Origin: Perkinsus olseni
Taxonomy: Eukaryota
Direction of reading: 5' to 3'
Length of the DNA stretch: 64,000 nucleotides
Assembly: GCA_013115125.1 (NCBI GenBank)
Contig: JABANN010000048.1
Coordinates: 1 to 64,000 of the forward strand
Positions 62,508 through 64,000 of the stretch are shown in pieces. Below the pieces are notes generated by a model that was given only the letters and a program-made list of their open reading frames with translations, did not search any database and was not told the DNA's origin. The first letter of the stretch is position 1; each line of letters opens with the position of its first letter. Both the position numbers and the translations under genes were made by a program.

Positions 62508-63882
62508 TCAAAGGTCAATATCTTCGACGACCGTCACCGCATTGGCACTGAGATAGTGGGCGCTTGGTATCTTAGGGCCGATATTAACAGAGAGCACCTC
62601 GCCATCGCTTTTGACTCGTCCGTGAGTTCCATTTGCAGATCGCCGAGGGCGGGACCCGAGGGGAGAGTCATCCACAATCTCGACGCAATCGCTATCACTG
62701 CTTTCGGTATCGCTCCCGTCAAGATCAACGACGGGAACTTCACTGACGGAATCCTCGCTGCCGTCACACGATTGTACCTCTCCAGTGAACAGAACATCAG
62801 GCTCAGAGAACTCGATTTCCACGCCAGGGTCGGCGCAGGCAGCACCGAAAGAATCCCAATTGAAGGAGCGGTTGTGCGACTTAAGCGCGTTGTAGAACTG
62901 GTCGAAATCATCCTCGTTGCCCGACGCTGCCGCGCAAAGTAGGGAATAGCCAAACTGCCGATGCTCGGATATGGATTCATCAACTCGGGCACCCAGAGAA
63001 TGGACCGCGAGCGATATTGCCGAACGACACTTCATATCACACACCAAGCAATACAAGTTGTCCACATTCCCACTGGTGGTCTCTGAAAGTCTGCCGATGA
63101 GCTGAGGATGAGTTGCATCAGTTGGATTGGTCGGGTTCACCACGATCTCGGTAAGATGCAGGATGCAGGCATCCCTAGTAGGGAAGGACGCGCTGCATTC
63201 GCACACGATAGTGTCGGCAGATAGGTTCCTTAGCACCACGTGGTCCTCTCCCTCATAGTGTGTAATTTGGAAGTGCTTGGGATAAAGCGATAGTATCCTT
63301 CTGAGTTCTTCAGGATTCGTGTGCACCTTGTGAGCAGCCAGCCACAGAGGCATCTGGTCTTGTCCTGTCGTTCGGATCAGCCGCACCAAACCTTGCAGTA
63401 GCTTTTCACGCGCTGCAATATCGCCGAGTGGCCCGTGGGCAGCTCTCTTCTTCTGGCGCCGGGACCGCCGATGGAGCTTTTCTTTGAAGCGCTGCTCGCG
63501 TTCATCGTCTCTTAGCCCTGAACGGTTGAGCAAACAATATCTGACAACTCTATGAATTGGCGGGAGCCTCACCCTCCTTATCCTTCCTACGATATACTGC
63601 TATGGGTGCGGCCACTCCTTTATTGGTCTTACCCAGCGAGCCTTCGCCAGAATACCCGTTCTTACGTAATAGCCGGAAGCCAATACCGTACCTGGCGCCG
63701 ATCGTGTATCAGAAAGACTCTTAACCGAAGCCTTACGTCTTATCCATCTGGTCAGTGCTCATCGTGTCCATATAATCTTCTTGCTTCTTACTCCCGTTCG
63801 CAGCCTCCAAAGCCGAGCCTTTCGGGGCTGAACTCGATGAAGACGCCGCATCCGGGTGGAGAACTCCCGCCCGACGAAACAT
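62508..63882 (-). CDS. G-patch protein with two C2H2-like zinc fingers and acidic C-terminus; two introns
   Basis: Spliced YGIGFRLLRKNGYSGEGSLGKTNKGVAAPIAVYRRKDKEGL is a G-patch. Zinc fingers: CECSASFPTRDACILHL and YCLVCDMKCRSAISLAVHS. Confidence 0.75.
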
Positions 63883-64000
63883 GACTCCATTAATTAAACG
63901 TAGCTACAGTAGTATACATCACCTATCAGTAGAACACATCGAAGAGGCCAACTTGAAGAACACTCAACTCAGAAACGAAAGCGAGCCATACGAGACAGTC

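Noticed and set aside
1-64000. CRISPR arrays, rRNA, transposases, reverse transcriptase or viral genes
   Set aside because: No regularly spaced repeats, rRNA-like segments or RT/integrase/transposase motifs were seen by eye; a covariance-model or HMM scan was not run.

Overview
Gene-dense eukaryotic DNA with many short (~40-60 nt) GT-AG introns, which is why the six-frame ORF track is so fragmented. The intron style, a flagellar IFT172 gene, an OPR-like/RAP protein and dinoflagellate-style 'GL..PELNG' repeats point to an alveolate, most likely a perkinsid; this is an inference and no database search was run. About 22 genes can be supported by manual splicing, with approximate exon boundaries: IFT172, a RAP-domain protein, a J-domain protein, a tandem-CCCH protein, an EF-hand/WD40 protein, a DUF3431-like protein, an FCH/F-BAR+PH protein, an ankyrin+C2 protein, ADA2, crooked neck (CLF1/CRNKL1), a SURP protein, an AAAP amino-acid transporter, a GT34 glycosyltransferase, an hnRNP-U-like SPRY/P-loop protein, a HEI10-like RING protein, a G-patch/zinc-finger protein and several hypotheticals. 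The most interesting region is 47-58 kb. It holds an intron-split, single-module NRPS-like gene with the unusual order adenylation - transmembrane/Cys-rich insert - carrier - condensation (THLFADG). Two tandem intronless mini-genes sharing an unrecognised ~50-aa Trp-terminated domain sit directly upstream of it, and a GT34 and an amino-acid transporter lie on the divergent side. No rRNA, tRNA, CRISPR array or transposase could be supported.
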